Below, in pieces: positions 37,038 to 52,294 of a stretch of 64,000 nt of DNA; the first letter of the stretch is position 1; each line of letters starts with the position of its first letter. The stretch lies in sequence record OR844650.1. One strand, written 5' to 3'. The position numbers were made by a program, and so were the translations under genes. The notes under the pieces are model-generated. The model was not told the origin of the DNA. It was given only the letters and a program-made list of their open reading frames with translations, and ran no database searches.

Positions 37038-37499
37038 TTATTCTAAACGTGCATCCTCAATACCAGCGGCACGTAGTCTCACAATATTGTTTAACTGAAA
37101 AGCTTTCATCTCTAAGGATTTAACAATACTTGAATATGTATTTCTTATATAAGATACCTCGTTTATAAGTTCTGCTAACTCACAAACATCTTTATCACCT
37201 TCAACATACTTTTTACAGTCAGATGAAGATAGTGCACGGCGGTATCCTTCGAGAAAGTATTTGAACTTCTCGGCTTGTACCTGACGCATTTCAATTTCTA
37301 ACATTTCCAATACTGCTTCAAGTTCTTGAAGCTGGCTTAGACGCGTCTCATGCCAGCCAGGAATCTCTTGAGCAATTTTTTCAATGATGCCAATCTTCTT
37401 TACTTCACGACGAGCTTCTTCAACTTCGTTGTTAAAGAACTCAATCATTTCAATAATTTTAGATTTATCATCTTTGATAATCCAATGCCAAGGTTTCAT
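37038..37499 (-). CDS. uvsY: UvsY-like recombination mediator
   Basis: Helical protein with FLEGYRRALSSSDCKKYVEGD and KAFQLNNIVRLRAAG; directly downstream of uvsX. Confidence 0.75.
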   Translation of the reverse strand: MKPWHWIIKDDKSKIIEMIEFFNNEVEEARREVKKIGIIEKIAQEIPGWHETRLSQLQELEAVLEMLEIEMRQVQAEKFKYFLEGYRRALSSSDCKKYVEGDKDVCELAELINEVSYIRNTYSSIVKSLEMKAFQLNNIVRLRAAGIEDARLE

Positions 37500-38617
37500 T
37501 ATTCCTCACTAATATCCACATCAGTACCAAAAGTTTCATCACCTTTTTCTTCTTCTTTAACTTCTTCAATCAAAGGATGATTTTTAAATTGATGCATTAC
37601 CAAATCAAGACATGAATCTTCATTACGCATCCACTCTTTGCGATATTTTAGAATCTGTTCGCCAGTTACAATATCAACATACAATAGACGGTTACCTGAT
37701 TTAGTGATTAGACCGTATTTTTCAAACATATCTAGTAGACCACTACGTGGGTCCATACCTTTATCCCAAGGAATTTTAATTTCTACATCTTCGAACGGCT
37801 TGTTGTAACGAGTCTTCATGACTTTACATTTAGCACGAATACCATTTACTTCGGAAGTTTTATTTCCGTCTTCATCTTCTTTAAGTTTTAATTTACCCAT
37901 TGCGATAACCATAGATGAAGCATAAATCAAGCCACTACCACCTGAAACTTTAGGATCTGGGTTAAACATGTCCTGAGATTCATAACTGTGGTTAACGCAA
38001 ACCATACCAATGTTCAATGAACCAATAGAGTTTACACAGTTTGTGATATATGCTTTAAGCTGTTTGGGTTTATGACCCATGTCACCTTTAAGGTTACCCG
38101 CTTTCATTTGATCATTGGCTACTTCAGTGTTTAGCATACCAATTGAATCAATAATAAACAATACTTTTTGACGTTCATCTTTAGGTGTATTTTCGTATTC
38201 TTTACGATATCCTTCAATGAACTCATAGGTGAATTTTGCAACGTCACCAATCATACCCATATTGACTTTCAAAAGTTTTTCTTCAGAAGTGTCAACACCA
38301 AGTGCTTGAAGCCAATCTGAATCCAATGCGTTCTCTGAGTCAATCATAACAACAAAGATGCCTTGTTTTTGAGCTTCACGTGCAATATTACCAGATACGA
38401 TAAAAGATTTACCACTACCTGATTCACCAGCAAACATCGTTACTTTGCCTAGTGGGATACCACGGTCAAAATAGCCACTGATGCGATAATTTAGTGCATA
38501 GTTACCAGTACTAACCCATGTATCTGGATCATGAAAACCAACACTAACACCAGTATTCTTTTTAACACTACCAGTACTGTTTTTAAGAATGTTCGCAAAA
38601 CCACTTGTCATTTTCAT
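37499..38617 (-). CDS. uvsX: UvsX/RecA-like recombinase
   Basis: STGNYALNYRISG, AGESGSGKS, IDSENA, IIDSIGML, VSGGSG. Confidence 0.93.
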   Translation of the reverse strand: MKMTSGFANILKNSTGSVKKNTGVSVGFHDPDTWVSTGNYALNYRISGYFDRGIPLGKVTMFAGESGSGKSFIVSGNIAREAQKQGIFVVMIDSENALDSDWLQALGVDTSEEKLLKVNMGMIGDVAKFTYEFIEGYRKEYENTPKDERQKVLFIIDSIGMLNTEVANDQMKAGNLKGDMGHKPKQLKAYITNCVNSIGSLNIGMVCVNHSYESQDMFNPDPKVSGGSGLIYASSMVIAMGKLKLKEDEDGNKTSEVNGIRAKCKVMKTRYNKPFEDVEIKIPWDKGMDPRSGLLDMFEKYGLITKSGNRLLYVDIVTGEQILKYRKEWMRNEDSCLDLVMHQFKNHPLIEEVKEEEKGDETFGTDVDISEE

Positions 38618-38648
38618 AATTCGCTCCTTGAATTTTATGAAATAAAAC

Positions 38649-38668
38649 GGGGCAAACTCCGTTGCCCC
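38649..38668 (-). terminator. Intrinsic terminator after ssb
   Basis: GGGGCAA-6nt-TTGCCCC. Confidence 0.7.
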
Positions 38669-38686
38669 TTAACTTTTCAAAAACTA

Positions 38687-39739
38687 TTACTTACCTTGTT
38701 GTTTCAAACGAGCAACTAGTGCAGATGCAGATAGTTGTTCTTTTGGTGCTTCAGGAGTGGTTGCTGCTGGGGTAGCGACTGGAGTTACTGGAGCAGCTTG
38801 TGGGGCTGGTGTAACTGGAGCAGTAGGTGCTACTGGTGCAGGTGCTGACTCTTGTTGTACTGGAGCAGGAGTTGGTTTTGATTCAGTAACAGTTCCAGAG
38901 TTAGGTTTTGGTACACCTGCTGGACGATATGCAAATGCCCAACGTGCTGGATCATATGCTTCACCATTTACTGATGCTTCGAACATTTCTTCAATTGCTT
39001 TCAACTCTTCTGGAGTTGGTTGTTTTGGCATAAAATCATTTAGATTGTATAGGCCATATTTTTCAATTGCTGCTAGTTCTTCTTCGTTTAGTGGACGCTC
39101 AGACATGGAGAATTGAGACATGTCGTAGCTATTATAACCACCACCATTCTTAGTTTTAACAATACCAAAATCACGACCTTGAACGTAGTGAGTTGGAGAC
39201 TCTTTGATGCCTGGGTTTAGCAGGATGGATTTAACTTTATCAAAGATATCTTTGTTAGCCAGAATACGACGAATTGGATTTTCTGGTGCAATGTCGTCTT
39301 TTACTGCAACGCTATCAGGAGCAATAAAACATTGCATTAGATAGGTTTTCTTCTTCCAGTAACGACCAGCCATTGCTTTTAGTTCTTCGTTCCCTGTTTC
39401 ATTCGCACTTTGGAACCATTGACGTACTTCTTTCAGAACCGGACAGGATTTAGGAACCCACATTTCGTTACAAGGTACTTGAACGGTAACTTTATCAGTG
39501 TGCATACCGACTACACCATTGAAAGTTAGGTTAATCATGTCACGTTCACGCCAGAAGAATGGGTTAGACTCATCTGCATCTGGTAGAAAACGTAGGTTTA
39601 GTGGTTCGTTATAAGGTACGTTCCAGAAAGCTAAGAACGAATCAGCTTTACGCTCGCCAGTAAATGTACCATTCTTTTGAGCTTCTGCTTTTTCTTGTTC
39701 TGCTTTTAGGTGTGCACGAATTTCAGCTAGAGATTTCAT
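38687..39739 (-). CDS. gp32-like single-stranded DNA-binding protein
   Basis: LRFLPD, VQVPC...SCPV, RYWKKKTY; Pro/Ala-rich tail; next to uvsX. Confidence 0.85.
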   Translation of the reverse strand: MKSLAEIRAHLKAEQEKAEAQKNGTFTGERKADSFLAFWNVPYNEPLNLRFLPDADESNPFFWRERDMINLTFNGVVGMHTDKVTVQVPCNEMWVPKSCPVLKEVRQWFQSANETGNEELKAMAGRYWKKKTYLMQCFIAPDSVAVKDDIAPENPIRRILANKDIFDKVKSILLNPGIKESPTHYVQGRDFGIVKTKNGGGYNSYDMSQFSMSERPLNEEELAAIEKYGLYNLNDFMPKQPTPEELKAIEEMFEASVNGEAYDPARWAFAYRPAGVPKPNSGTVTESKPTPAPVQQESAPAPVAPTAPVTPAPQAAPVTPVATPAATTPEAPKEQLSASALVARLKQQGK

Positions 39740-39826
39740 ATATATCTTCCTTGATTTTGGGTTTCTTTGTTATTTGTTAATTGGCTTCAATGTTTCAGAA
39801 ACTTCATTGTTCCTTCAACGTTTTAC

Positions 39827-45124
<5,298 letters not shown>

Positions 45125-45285
45125 TCATTGATAATTATAGCACATCTTGAATCACTTTCCCAGATTTGATAAATAATATCATAGAAATTCATTAAATATC
45201 TCAGTAAATTTAAATGCTAGTGATATTTTTTGATAAATAACTTTAAGCAGGATATACCTGCACAAAATTTGACAAGGAGATTTTC

Positions 45286-45885
45286 ATGAGTCTTAATTCT
45301 TTTAACCGTAACTATGGTATGTCTAGCGTTGCTCGCGAATGGTGGGGTGGTAATAACGGTTTCGTTACCATCGTAATCGATCTACCAACTGATGTTGAAC
45401 TAGGTACTACCAAAGTTACTTCTGACGGTTCTGATGTTCAAGCTGAAGCGTATCAAACTGCTCTAAGTAATGCTCAATATAACCTATTCATGGTTACCCA
45501 ACTACTACAACAACGTGCAGTTCTAGTGACTACCTCTCTACTAGCTCTTGATTCAGAAGTTGTTATTCCTGCTGATTTCAAAAATGCTAATCCAAACGTA
45601 GTTGCGTTCGGCACTAGTGGTGCTGATGTAGCAGGTGGTGCTAATTCTGTTGCATTGACTTTCATCTGTGAACGTCAAGACGTATTTAACAAGCAAGAAG
45701 TTCGTCCTGGTTCAGCATGTCCTGCTCCAGTTGATCCAACTGTTGACCTAGCTAAGTCTATCGCTCAAGCTAAAGTTTTCCGTACCAAAACTTTCGTAAG
45801 TCAAGGTACTGATGGTGTTGGTGATGCAGGTGCATCTACTGCTGTAGCAATTAAAGTACGTGCTGCTCTTCCTGTTCAACTATAA
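45286..45885 (+). CDS. Highly expressed-type late protein, paralog A (putative capsid/structural)
   Basis: TAAATA at 45170 and 45234, AGGAG RBS, strong codon bias; QQRAVLVTTS and TFICERQDVFNK shared with the next gene. Confidence 0.65.
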   Translation: MSLNSFNRNYGMSSVAREWWGGNNGFVTIVIDLPTDVELGTTKVTSDGSDVQAEAYQTALSNAQYNLFMVTQLLQQRAVLVTTSLLALDSEVVIPADFKNANPNVVAFGTSGADVAGGANSVALTFICERQDVFNKQEVRPGSACPAPVDPTVDLAKSIAQAKVFRTKTFVSQGTDGVGDAGASTAVAIKVRAALPVQL

Positions 45886-45899
45886 TAGGAGGATAGATT

Positions 45900-46589
45900 A
45901 TGTCATATACTAATACTTCTTTTGAACGTATCAATGGTTATTCCTTTGAACGTATTCTAGGTTACTTTTGTGGCACTAACGCCCTAGCATCCATTGCTAT
46001 CAGTAAGCTAGGAAACGTAAACGTTCTAGTTACTGGTGCAGTTTCTTCTTATGCTGGTCTACAACGTTTTCTAAACACTGATATTCCAGAAGAAATTCTA
46101 GCATATCTAAATGATAAAGGTATCAAACGTATTGATGGAACTGCATTTGTTCTTGGCACACTAGAAGCTGATTACAATGCATCTTATGCAGCACAAACTA
46201 ACGTTAAACGTATTGTCGATGTTGTTCAACAACGTGCGGTTATCATCGCTACCTCTAACATCGCAGGTAATGGTCTTGAAGTATTTCCAGTTACTGGTTT
46301 CACCAACGCACCTGATGGTGTATTGAGTGCAGGTTCAGTTAGTATTGCTGATGCTTCTGTTGTTACCTTCCTAGTTGAACGTGCTGGTGTCTTTAACAAA
46401 GATCTTAAATCACCACAAGGTGTACCAAGTACTGAATCCGAAGAAGGCCGTCTACTAATTGATGATCTAACTGGTGTTCCACTACTTGCTAAAGATGGTG
46501 TTACCGAAGTTTACCTACGTTCCCAATCTGCTGATGCAGCAGGTGATTTCGGTGTTAAACTTTTCCAATACATCCCAGCATTGGTTTAA
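45900..46589 (+). CDS. Highly expressed-type late protein, paralog B
   Basis: QQRAVIIATS and TFLVERAGVFNK; AGGAGG RBS. Confidence 0.65.
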   Translation: MSYTNTSFERINGYSFERILGYFCGTNALASIAISKLGNVNVLVTGAVSSYAGLQRFLNTDIPEEILAYLNDKGIKRIDGTAFVLGTLEADYNASYAAQTNVKRIVDVVQQRAVIIATSNIAGNGLEVFPVTGFTNAPDGVLSAGSVSIADASVVTFLVERAGVFNKDLKSPQGVPSTESEEGRLLIDDLTGVPLLAKDGVTEVYLRSQSADAAGDFGVKLFQYIPALV

Positions 46590-46602
46590 TATTTTTCAAA
46601 AG

Positions 46603-46628
46603 AAAAGGAGAGCAAATGCTCTCCTTTT
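46603..46628. terminator. Bidirectional terminator
   Basis: AAAAGGAGAGCA-AA-TGCTCTCCTTTT. Confidence 0.85.
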
Positions 46629-46636
46629 TTTATATG

Positions 46637-47374
46637 TTATCTATATGAACGAAATCCTTCAGGCAAACCAGGTAGCTTGTCTAATCCTTCGTTCGCACTC
46701 ACCAGCTTTGTGTCGTAATCATCACTGAAATCATCCGTAGCAAGTTTACGCCCCAAGTCTCTCACAAAGTTATCGATAATTTCTTCTTCATCATTTCCTG
46801 GATGACCTTCAGCTTTCAACTTTTTCCAGAAATATTCATTATAGTCAAATACAAACTCAACTTCATTAGTTTCAGGATCAAGAACAACATCCAAATCAAT
46901 CCAAGGTTCTTTACGAAGTGTGTATATTTCCTTAGAATATTCACTTTGTGTGATTTCATCGTAACGATATGCAAATTCAATAGCCTTAAGCCTTTTTTCA
47001 TCACCTTCTGGCATTAACTCAATGATTTCCATATCATATTCTTTTTCTGTAATAACTCCAATACTTAGTTTTGCATCAAGAACTTTAACATCATACTGTT
47101 CACGAGTAATTTTAGAATATTTTAGTTCAACATCAAGTACAGCAATTAGATATTCCAAATCTCCAATTACGCTATATTTCTTTTTAATATCCAATTGGGC
47201 CACTTCAACTTCATATGGAGTTAGATATGTCAATTCAGCAACTTTCATATCAGCTTCATAATCATCATTGTAGTAGTATGCTTTAGCTATCTCTTTTGCC
47301 TTTCCAGAAAGTCCCCAGTGAGCAGGGACCATCCAAAATGGAATAAATTTCTTTTTAGCCATTTTTCTTACCAA
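46637..47374 (-). CDS. Conserved hypothetical protein
   Basis: 245-aa acidic helical ORF. Confidence 0.7.
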   Translation of the reverse strand: MVRKMAKKKFIPFWMVPAHWGLSGKAKEIAKAYYYNDDYEADMKVAELTYLTPYEVEVAQLDIKKKYSVIGDLEYLIAVLDVELKYSKITREQYDVKVLDAKLSIGVITEKEYDMEIIELMPEGDEKRLKAIEFAYRYDEITQSEYSKEIYTLRKEPWIDLDVVLDPETNEVEFVFDYNEYFWKKLKAEGHPGNDEEEIIDNFVRDLGRKLATDDFSDDYDTKLVSANEGLDKLPGLPEGFRSYR

Positions 47375-47654
47375 AAATCTCTTCGATTTTCATTACATAA
47401 TATGTATCTTCGCCGCCACCAAGATCTTCAGTCAGTGGTGTGTTCAAAGATGAACGACCAAACACAACCATATCACCTTCTTTAATATTATGTTCTGCAA
47501 GTTGTCCGTTCGGAAGAATTTTACCTGGACCAACGGAAATTACCATCCCAATACATGGTGGTTCAACATTACCTAGAATAATACCACCAGTACTTTTATT
47601 CTGTGCTTCAATTTGTCGAACAAGAACGTAATCATTAATCATTTTAATTTTCAT
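47355..47654 (-). CDS. groES: GroES/gp31-like co-chaperonin
   Basis: MINDYVLVR...KSTGGIILG...VISVGPGK...KEGDMVVF; real start 47654 with GGAGG RBS. Confidence 0.9.
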   Translation of the reverse strand: MKIKMINDYVLVRQIEAQNKSTGGIILGNVEPPCIGMVISVGPGKILPNGQLAEHNIKEGDMVVFGRSSLNTPLTEDLGGGEDTYYVMKIEEIFGKKNG

Positions 47655-47655
47655 A

Positions 47656-47862
47656 TTAGTAACCTCCAGTATTTGCAAACCATTTTCCACGGAAATAAAG
47701 ATTAGCACCCTTATCACCTGGAGTGAACACTTCCAACTTCATAGTTTTTTCACCATTACATTTAGGACAATCATGAGGTTCATCACGATTTGCAATTTTA
47801 ACAATTTTTTCCATGCTATGTTTGCATTCTTCTTTTTCACAACGATATGTATATAATGGCAT
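47656..47862 (-). CDS. FmdB-like zinc-ribbon protein
   Basis: MPLYTYRCEKEEC...CPKCNG...FRGKWF. Confidence 0.8.
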   Translation of the reverse strand: MPLYTYRCEKEECKHSMEKIVKIANRDEPHDCPKCNGEKTMKLEVFTPGDKGANLYFRGKWFANTGGY

Positions 47863-47926
47863 TTTGTATTCCTTTACTTTTTAAATCAAACTAATTTGGG
47901 GAACATAGTGTTCCCCGTTATTTATA

Positions 47927-48658
47927 TTAGCAGCCTGTTACGTAAAATTTGTATACTGCAATTCCAGTATCTAGTGTTACATTTAGCATACCAGTTTTAG
48001 TAATACCAAGTGATACTGATTCGGCATTAGATACGCGAGATAATGCTTGAAGTACGCGATCAATATTATAACCAAAACCAAGACCTAATTCACCTTCAGT
48101 TTTAGAAAAAGCTAGAGAACCAACGTGGTTACTTTTGTTTTTCTCACCAACGTGAAAGTATAGGGTGTCGCCTTCAGTATACGGAGTTACAAGAGAACTA
48201 AAAGATTTAAATACACCAGAAAAACTCTTTAGTTCCTGAACTTTTGCTGCACTAGGAATAACCTGTACGTCATATGGTTGTTCATGAAAACGTGGTTGAA
48301 CTGGAATAAGTTTTTCAGCTTGTACCATAAATGTAGTGCTTGCATCTTCAGATTTAAATGCCAGACTTTTAACTGAACCATCTTTAACATTTGATGTGAT
48401 TGTGGTTCCTTCGGTACTGTATGTTTTTAGAGACATTAGACCCTGAAGAAGACCTAGATTACCTAAGCCAAAACGACCCTGAACTTCAGGAACATCTTCT
48501 TTAGTATATGCTCGCATTACAAGAGTTCGGTCATCTGTGTACGCTTCTAGATATACACGTTGTCCTTCACCACGGTCTTCACTGCTTACTGCAATACAAG
48601 AGAAGTCAATACCACTGGTTGTGTTTACGAGGTCACGTAGTACGTTGCGTAGATCCAT
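47927..48658 (-). CDS. Sliding clamp (gp45-like)
   Basis: 243 aa with two alpha/beta repeats, FGLGNLGLLQGLMS; middle-type promoter; close to the polymerase gene. Confidence 0.7.
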   Translation of the reverse strand: MDLRNVLRDLVNTTSGIDFSCIAVSSEDRGEGQRVYLEAYTDDRTLVMRAYTKEDVPEVQGRFGLGNLGLLQGLMSLKTYSTEGTTITSNVKDGSVKSLAFKSEDASTTFMVQAEKLIPVQPRFHEQPYDVQVIPSAAKVQELKSFSGVFKSFSSLVTPYTEGDTLYFHVGEKNKSNHVGSLAFSKTEGELGLGFGYNIDRVLQALSRVSNAESVSLGITKTGMLNVTLDTGIAVYKFYVTGC

Positions 48659-48722
48659 TATATAATTCTCCGTTTTATTTGTTAATCAAAAAATGTTTTT
48701 ATGTAAGATTACTACAAGCACC

Positions 48723-48751
48723 ATTATATCTCAAAAATGATGCTTGTCTCA
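48723..48751 (-). promoter_or_regulatory. Putative middle-type promoter for the clamp
   Basis: TGAGAC(AA)-17nt-TATAAT. Confidence 0.7.
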
Positions 48752-48759
48752 ATTTTTTA

Positions 48760-49059
48760 TCAGTATTTTGTATTCCAACGTTGAAGATAAGGCTTATCAA
48801 TTGTAGAACTCATGCCAATTTTATCGCGTAATTTTTTCAAGTCTTTTAATGTATGTACATCATCGACAAAAACAACTTTACGCTTTTTCACAAGAGTGTA
48901 AACATCAGCAATCTCTCCGTCAACTTCCACTGAACCAGTGCGAGTAAAACCCGCACCAATTAGAACTACTTCTTCATCATTATCATATGCTAGTACAGAA
49001 TTAATGATACCATTACCTTCTAATACTTCACCAATACGCTTATATATATTACTCATCAT
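48760..49059 (-). CDS. Hypothetical protein
   Basis: 99-aa ORF. Confidence 0.65.
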   Translation of the reverse strand: MMSNIYKRIGEVLEGNGIINSVLAYDNDEEVVLIGAGFTRTGSVEVDGEIADVYTLVKKRKVVFVDDVHTLKDLKKLRDKIGMSSTIDKPYLQRWNTKY

Positions 49060-49198
49060 TTTTACCTTGTAATGAAGTCCATTCTACATATTTTTCCCAT
49101 GCCTCATTTACACTTTCTTCAGTAAGATTCAACATCTCATTAGTGAAAGTATCGTTTACTTCGTCATAGTTTAGTTCAATTTCATTTACAATAACCAT
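49049..49198 (-). CDS. Small acidic protein (49 aa, not in track)
   Basis: MVIVNEIELNYDEVNDTFTNEMLNLTEESVNEAWEKYVEWTSLQGKNDE; AGGAG RBS; fills the gap after the polymerase gene. Confidence 0.6.
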   Translation of the reverse strand: MVIVNEIELNYDEVNDTFTNEMLNLTEESVNEAWEKYVEWTSLQGKNDE

Positions 49199-49209
49199 AT
49201 TATTACTCC

Positions 49210-52200
49210 TTACCAAGTGAAGAATCCATTGTTTACTGACGCAGTACTTTTTTCATGAATACCAATATCCATATCCAAAATACCAAAAATATTCTCTAAT
49301 TTTTTAGTTAGAACAATCTCTTCCATTTTTTCAGTATCAAATGGTAGTTCCAAGAACCATTCTGGAAGATACTCAACACAGTCAATTGGATAACCAACAG
49401 CTTTAATTCCCATAGGATTATCTTTTAAGTTACAGACAATTACTTTTGTTCCATCCGTTACTTCTGGTACAGATTTATCATCATAAACTTCACGTAGACG
49501 GTTCCATTGGATACCAGCAAGAACGTGACCAACTTTACACTTACCAGTTAGCTGATATTCAGCCTCTAAATTAGTGTAGTTTTTTACAGTTTTTGGTGAA
49601 CCTTTTTCATGTACAGGCATATCCTTAAATACGTCCTTAAACTCACGTACACGCTGTTTTAGCTGTTGTTCACTCTCACCTACCAGTAATGCGATTAGAG
49701 TCTCTTCTAGGAAGTTCTGGATGTATTTTGGCGTGTCTGAGCGTTTAATTTCAAGACCCATCGCTTTGATTTCACCTGGTTTACCATCAATATCTTTACG
49801 GAACCCATCTTCCCAGTACTTCAGAATTGCATAACGTTTTTTCTTCAAGAATAGGCCACGCGAACCAACCATCTCAAGGTCTGCACCAACAATCTTACCT
49901 TTTTCAATACCAGTGTTGAACATCTCATGCATAAATGATGGGAAAGATTCACCAACTTCTTCACCAATTTTAATATACATATCAACAATCTCTTCTTTAG
50001 ATAGATTATATGGAATACCTTGTTCTTTCAGATAATGAGTTACACTAAAGTAAACTGAGTCAGTATCACCATAAATTACTGAACCACCTTGGTGGTTATA
50101 TACACCAGTAGTAATTTCATTGATACGACTTGCCATATGTTTGGTCATAGAACGTCCAGTTAATGTTACGGATTGACCTAAACGTTTGTCAAAAAAACGA
50201 GAACCTTTGTTCAATAGTGCACCATATAGACTGTTTAGAAGAATCTTACGAATCTGTTGGTTCTGTTTCCAGAAAGCACTACGTTGTTTGAAGTAATCTT
50301 TTTCTTCTTTAGGACAGAAAATACGACCATCTTTTAGTACTAATCCGTTTTCTACAATCAACTTAGCAACTTCATCCCACTGTCCTTTACCAATTTCTTT
50401 ACGAAGTAAGTATACAGGATCATTATCATGAATATTAGTTCTAAACATTGTACCAGGGGTATAGTTTGATAGTAGTGGTTCAACTTTTTCATAGCCATTA
50501 AACTCCCAACCATCAGTATACATATGTTTGTAGTCAATGACCATTTTTTGCTGTGCTTTACGTTCAGAATACCATTGAGTTAGAATGTCAGGAATTACAC
50601 CAGACTTAGACTTATCAAAAAGTGTTCCGTTTGCACTAAGTACAATAGTACTATCTTCTGCAAAAATAATATCATATAGCTCTTTACCCGTTGCTTTAAA
50701 AGAACTCCCATCTTCTAAATCAACAATCAATGTTTCTTCTGACTTTTCATGAACCATTGTAAATTCAACAGCAGCAAATAAACCATGCCATGCCGCAGTC
50801 CAATCTGGTTCAAATGATTTAGATTTAGATTTGTTCTTCTGTTCTTGGATTTTAGCTGCAAGATACGCATCGGTGTAATCTTGACGTAATTGACCAAGAA
50901 TACATTCAGTACTCATACCCAAAGTACGTAGAACAGTAGGGTAAAGAGAGTTAAAGTCAGTACACCCAAGGTCACTTACAAGTCCTAGTACTGGATCTTG
51001 TACCCATGCACCTGCTGCTTTTGCACTAATTTTCTCATCTTCTTCTTCACCATCTTCACCATAATATTCCATTTCTGGATCAAACTCAAGATCATCTTTC
51101 GGTGCTTTGTTGAAAACAACTTCACCACGAGTATGTGCTAAGTTGATAATAGCAGTGTCGATTAGTGCTACTGAACCCATTGTTGTACTGATAAGTACAC
51201 ATTCTTTGTGTGCAAGTCGATTGTGTAGGTTGATATAGTCACATTTAGCATCAATCTTTTTAAGAAGAATACTATCCTGTTTAGAATAACGCAAGAAAGT
51301 AATGTAATCCTCTCTGTAAAGTTTATCCAATGAACCTTCATAGGATACTTTATTTTCTTTAGTTACTTTTTCAGCAATATAATCTAGTTTATAAGATTGT
51401 TCAACTTGACCAGCATGTTTCTTATACAAAGCCAAATAATCAAGATGGACGCGACCTACCAGATCATATGTTTGAACAGTTTTACCAAAGTTGTCTGCTT
51501 CACGTGAATTTGGTTTTTTATTCCATAAACACCAACGAGCAGTTGTTGCTTCATTGAAGATTTTTTTAGTTCGATTGATCATATATGGAATATCAAAGAA
51601 TTCACTATTCCATCCTGAAATAACATCAGAATCATCAATTAAACTAAAGAATTCCATAAACATTTCCTTTTCGTCTGTATATAAAATTACAGTACTGTTA
51701 GGATCGTTTGTTTCTTCATTTAGTTGGCGAACAATATCTTGTGCTTCATAAATTTCCATATCAGCAGGTGGTAAAGTAAGTACATAATCCTTTCCAGTCC
51801 ATGATTGATATAGAGAAATAGCGGTTACTCGGTTAAACGGGTCTGATGGTGGAGCATAACCAAATTTCTTATGGAAATCAGTCTCGATATCGAAGAACAC
51901 GATGTTCAAATCGGGTGAACCTTTTCCCATATATTCTTTAGCTAATGTTTTAAATGTAATGTTACAATCACTTTCAAAAATACGTAGACCTTCACTTTTG
52001 TGTTGCTCTACACTTTTATTCATTTGAGCTTGAGTTTGAAACTCAAAATGTTTAGCCATTGTACCATAAACAGTTTTATGTGTTCCTTGTGGGGATTCAA
52101 CATAATATTCATATACTGGATCTAATTCGCGTAGAATACGTTTACCATTCTTACGTTCAACTACATGAAGAATATCACCAGTACGTTTACGTTCCATATA

Positions 52201-52215
52201 AGCATCGATATACAT
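49210..52215 (-). CDS. Family B DNA polymerase (gp43-like)
   Basis: Exonuclease motifs FDIETD, WNSEFFDIPY, YSKQD; polymerase motifs DFNSLYP, KILLNSLYG, YGDTDS, KKRY. Confidence 0.97.
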   Translation of the reverse strand: MYIDAYMERKRTGDILHVVERKNGKRILRELDPVYEYYVESPQGTHKTVYGTMAKHFEFQTQAQMNKSVEQHKSEGLRIFESDCNITFKTLAKEYMGKGSPDLNIVFFDIETDFHKKFGYAPPSDPFNRVTAISLYQSWTGKDYVLTLPPADMEIYEAQDIVRQLNEETNDPNSTVILYTDEKEMFMEFFSLIDDSDVISGWNSEFFDIPYMINRTKKIFNEATTARWCLWNKKPNSREADNFGKTVQTYDLVGRVHLDYLALYKKHAGQVEQSYKLDYIAEKVTKENKVSYEGSLDKLYREDYITFLRYSKQDSILLKKIDAKCDYINLHNRLAHKECVLISTTMGSVALIDTAIINLAHTRGEVVFNKAPKDDLEFDPEMEYYGEDGEEEDEKISAKAAGAWVQDPVLGLVSDLGCTDFNSLYPTVLRTLGMSTECILGQLRQDYTDAYLAAKIQEQKNKSKSKSFEPDWTAAWHGLFAAVEFTMVHEKSEETLIVDLEDGSSFKATGKELYDIIFAEDSTIVLSANGTLFDKSKSGVIPDILTQWYSERKAQQKMVIDYKHMYTDGWEFNGYEKVEPLLSNYTPGTMFRTNIHDNDPVYLLRKEIGKGQWDEVAKLIVENGLVLKDGRIFCPKEEKDYFKQRSAFWKQNQQIRKILLNSLYGALLNKGSRFFDKRLGQSVTLTGRSMTKHMASRINEITTGVYNHQGGSVIYGDTDSVYFSVTHYLKEQGIPYNLSKEEIVDMYIKIGEEVGESFPSFMHEMFNTGIEKGKIVGADLEMVGSRGLFLKKKRYAILKYWEDGFRKDIDGKPGEIKAMGLEIKRSDTPKYIQNFLEETLIALLVGESEQQLKQRVREFKDVFKDMPVHEKGSPKTVKNYTNLEAEYQLTGKCKVGHVLAGIQWNRLREVYDDKSVPEVTDGTKVIVCNLKDNPMGIKAVGYPIDCVEYLPEWFLELPFDTEKMEEIVLTKKLENIFGILDMDIGIHEKSTASVNNGFFTW

Positions 52216-52252
52216 CGTTTGTATTCCCTTACGTTTATTAAGTTAAAAAGAA

Positions 52253-52272
52253 AGCCTCCGTCATTGGAGGCT
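52253..52272 (-). terminator. Terminator-like hairpin between dsbA and the polymerase gene
   Basis: AGCCTCC-6nt-GGAGGCT followed by T-rich sequence. Confidence 0.65.
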
Positions 52273-52294
52273 ATTTAATATATTTTAGTACTAA

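Noticed and set aside
38757-38900. Repeat-like Pro/Ala/Thr stretch
   Set aside because: It is the low-complexity linker of the SSB C-terminal tail, not a DNA repeat element
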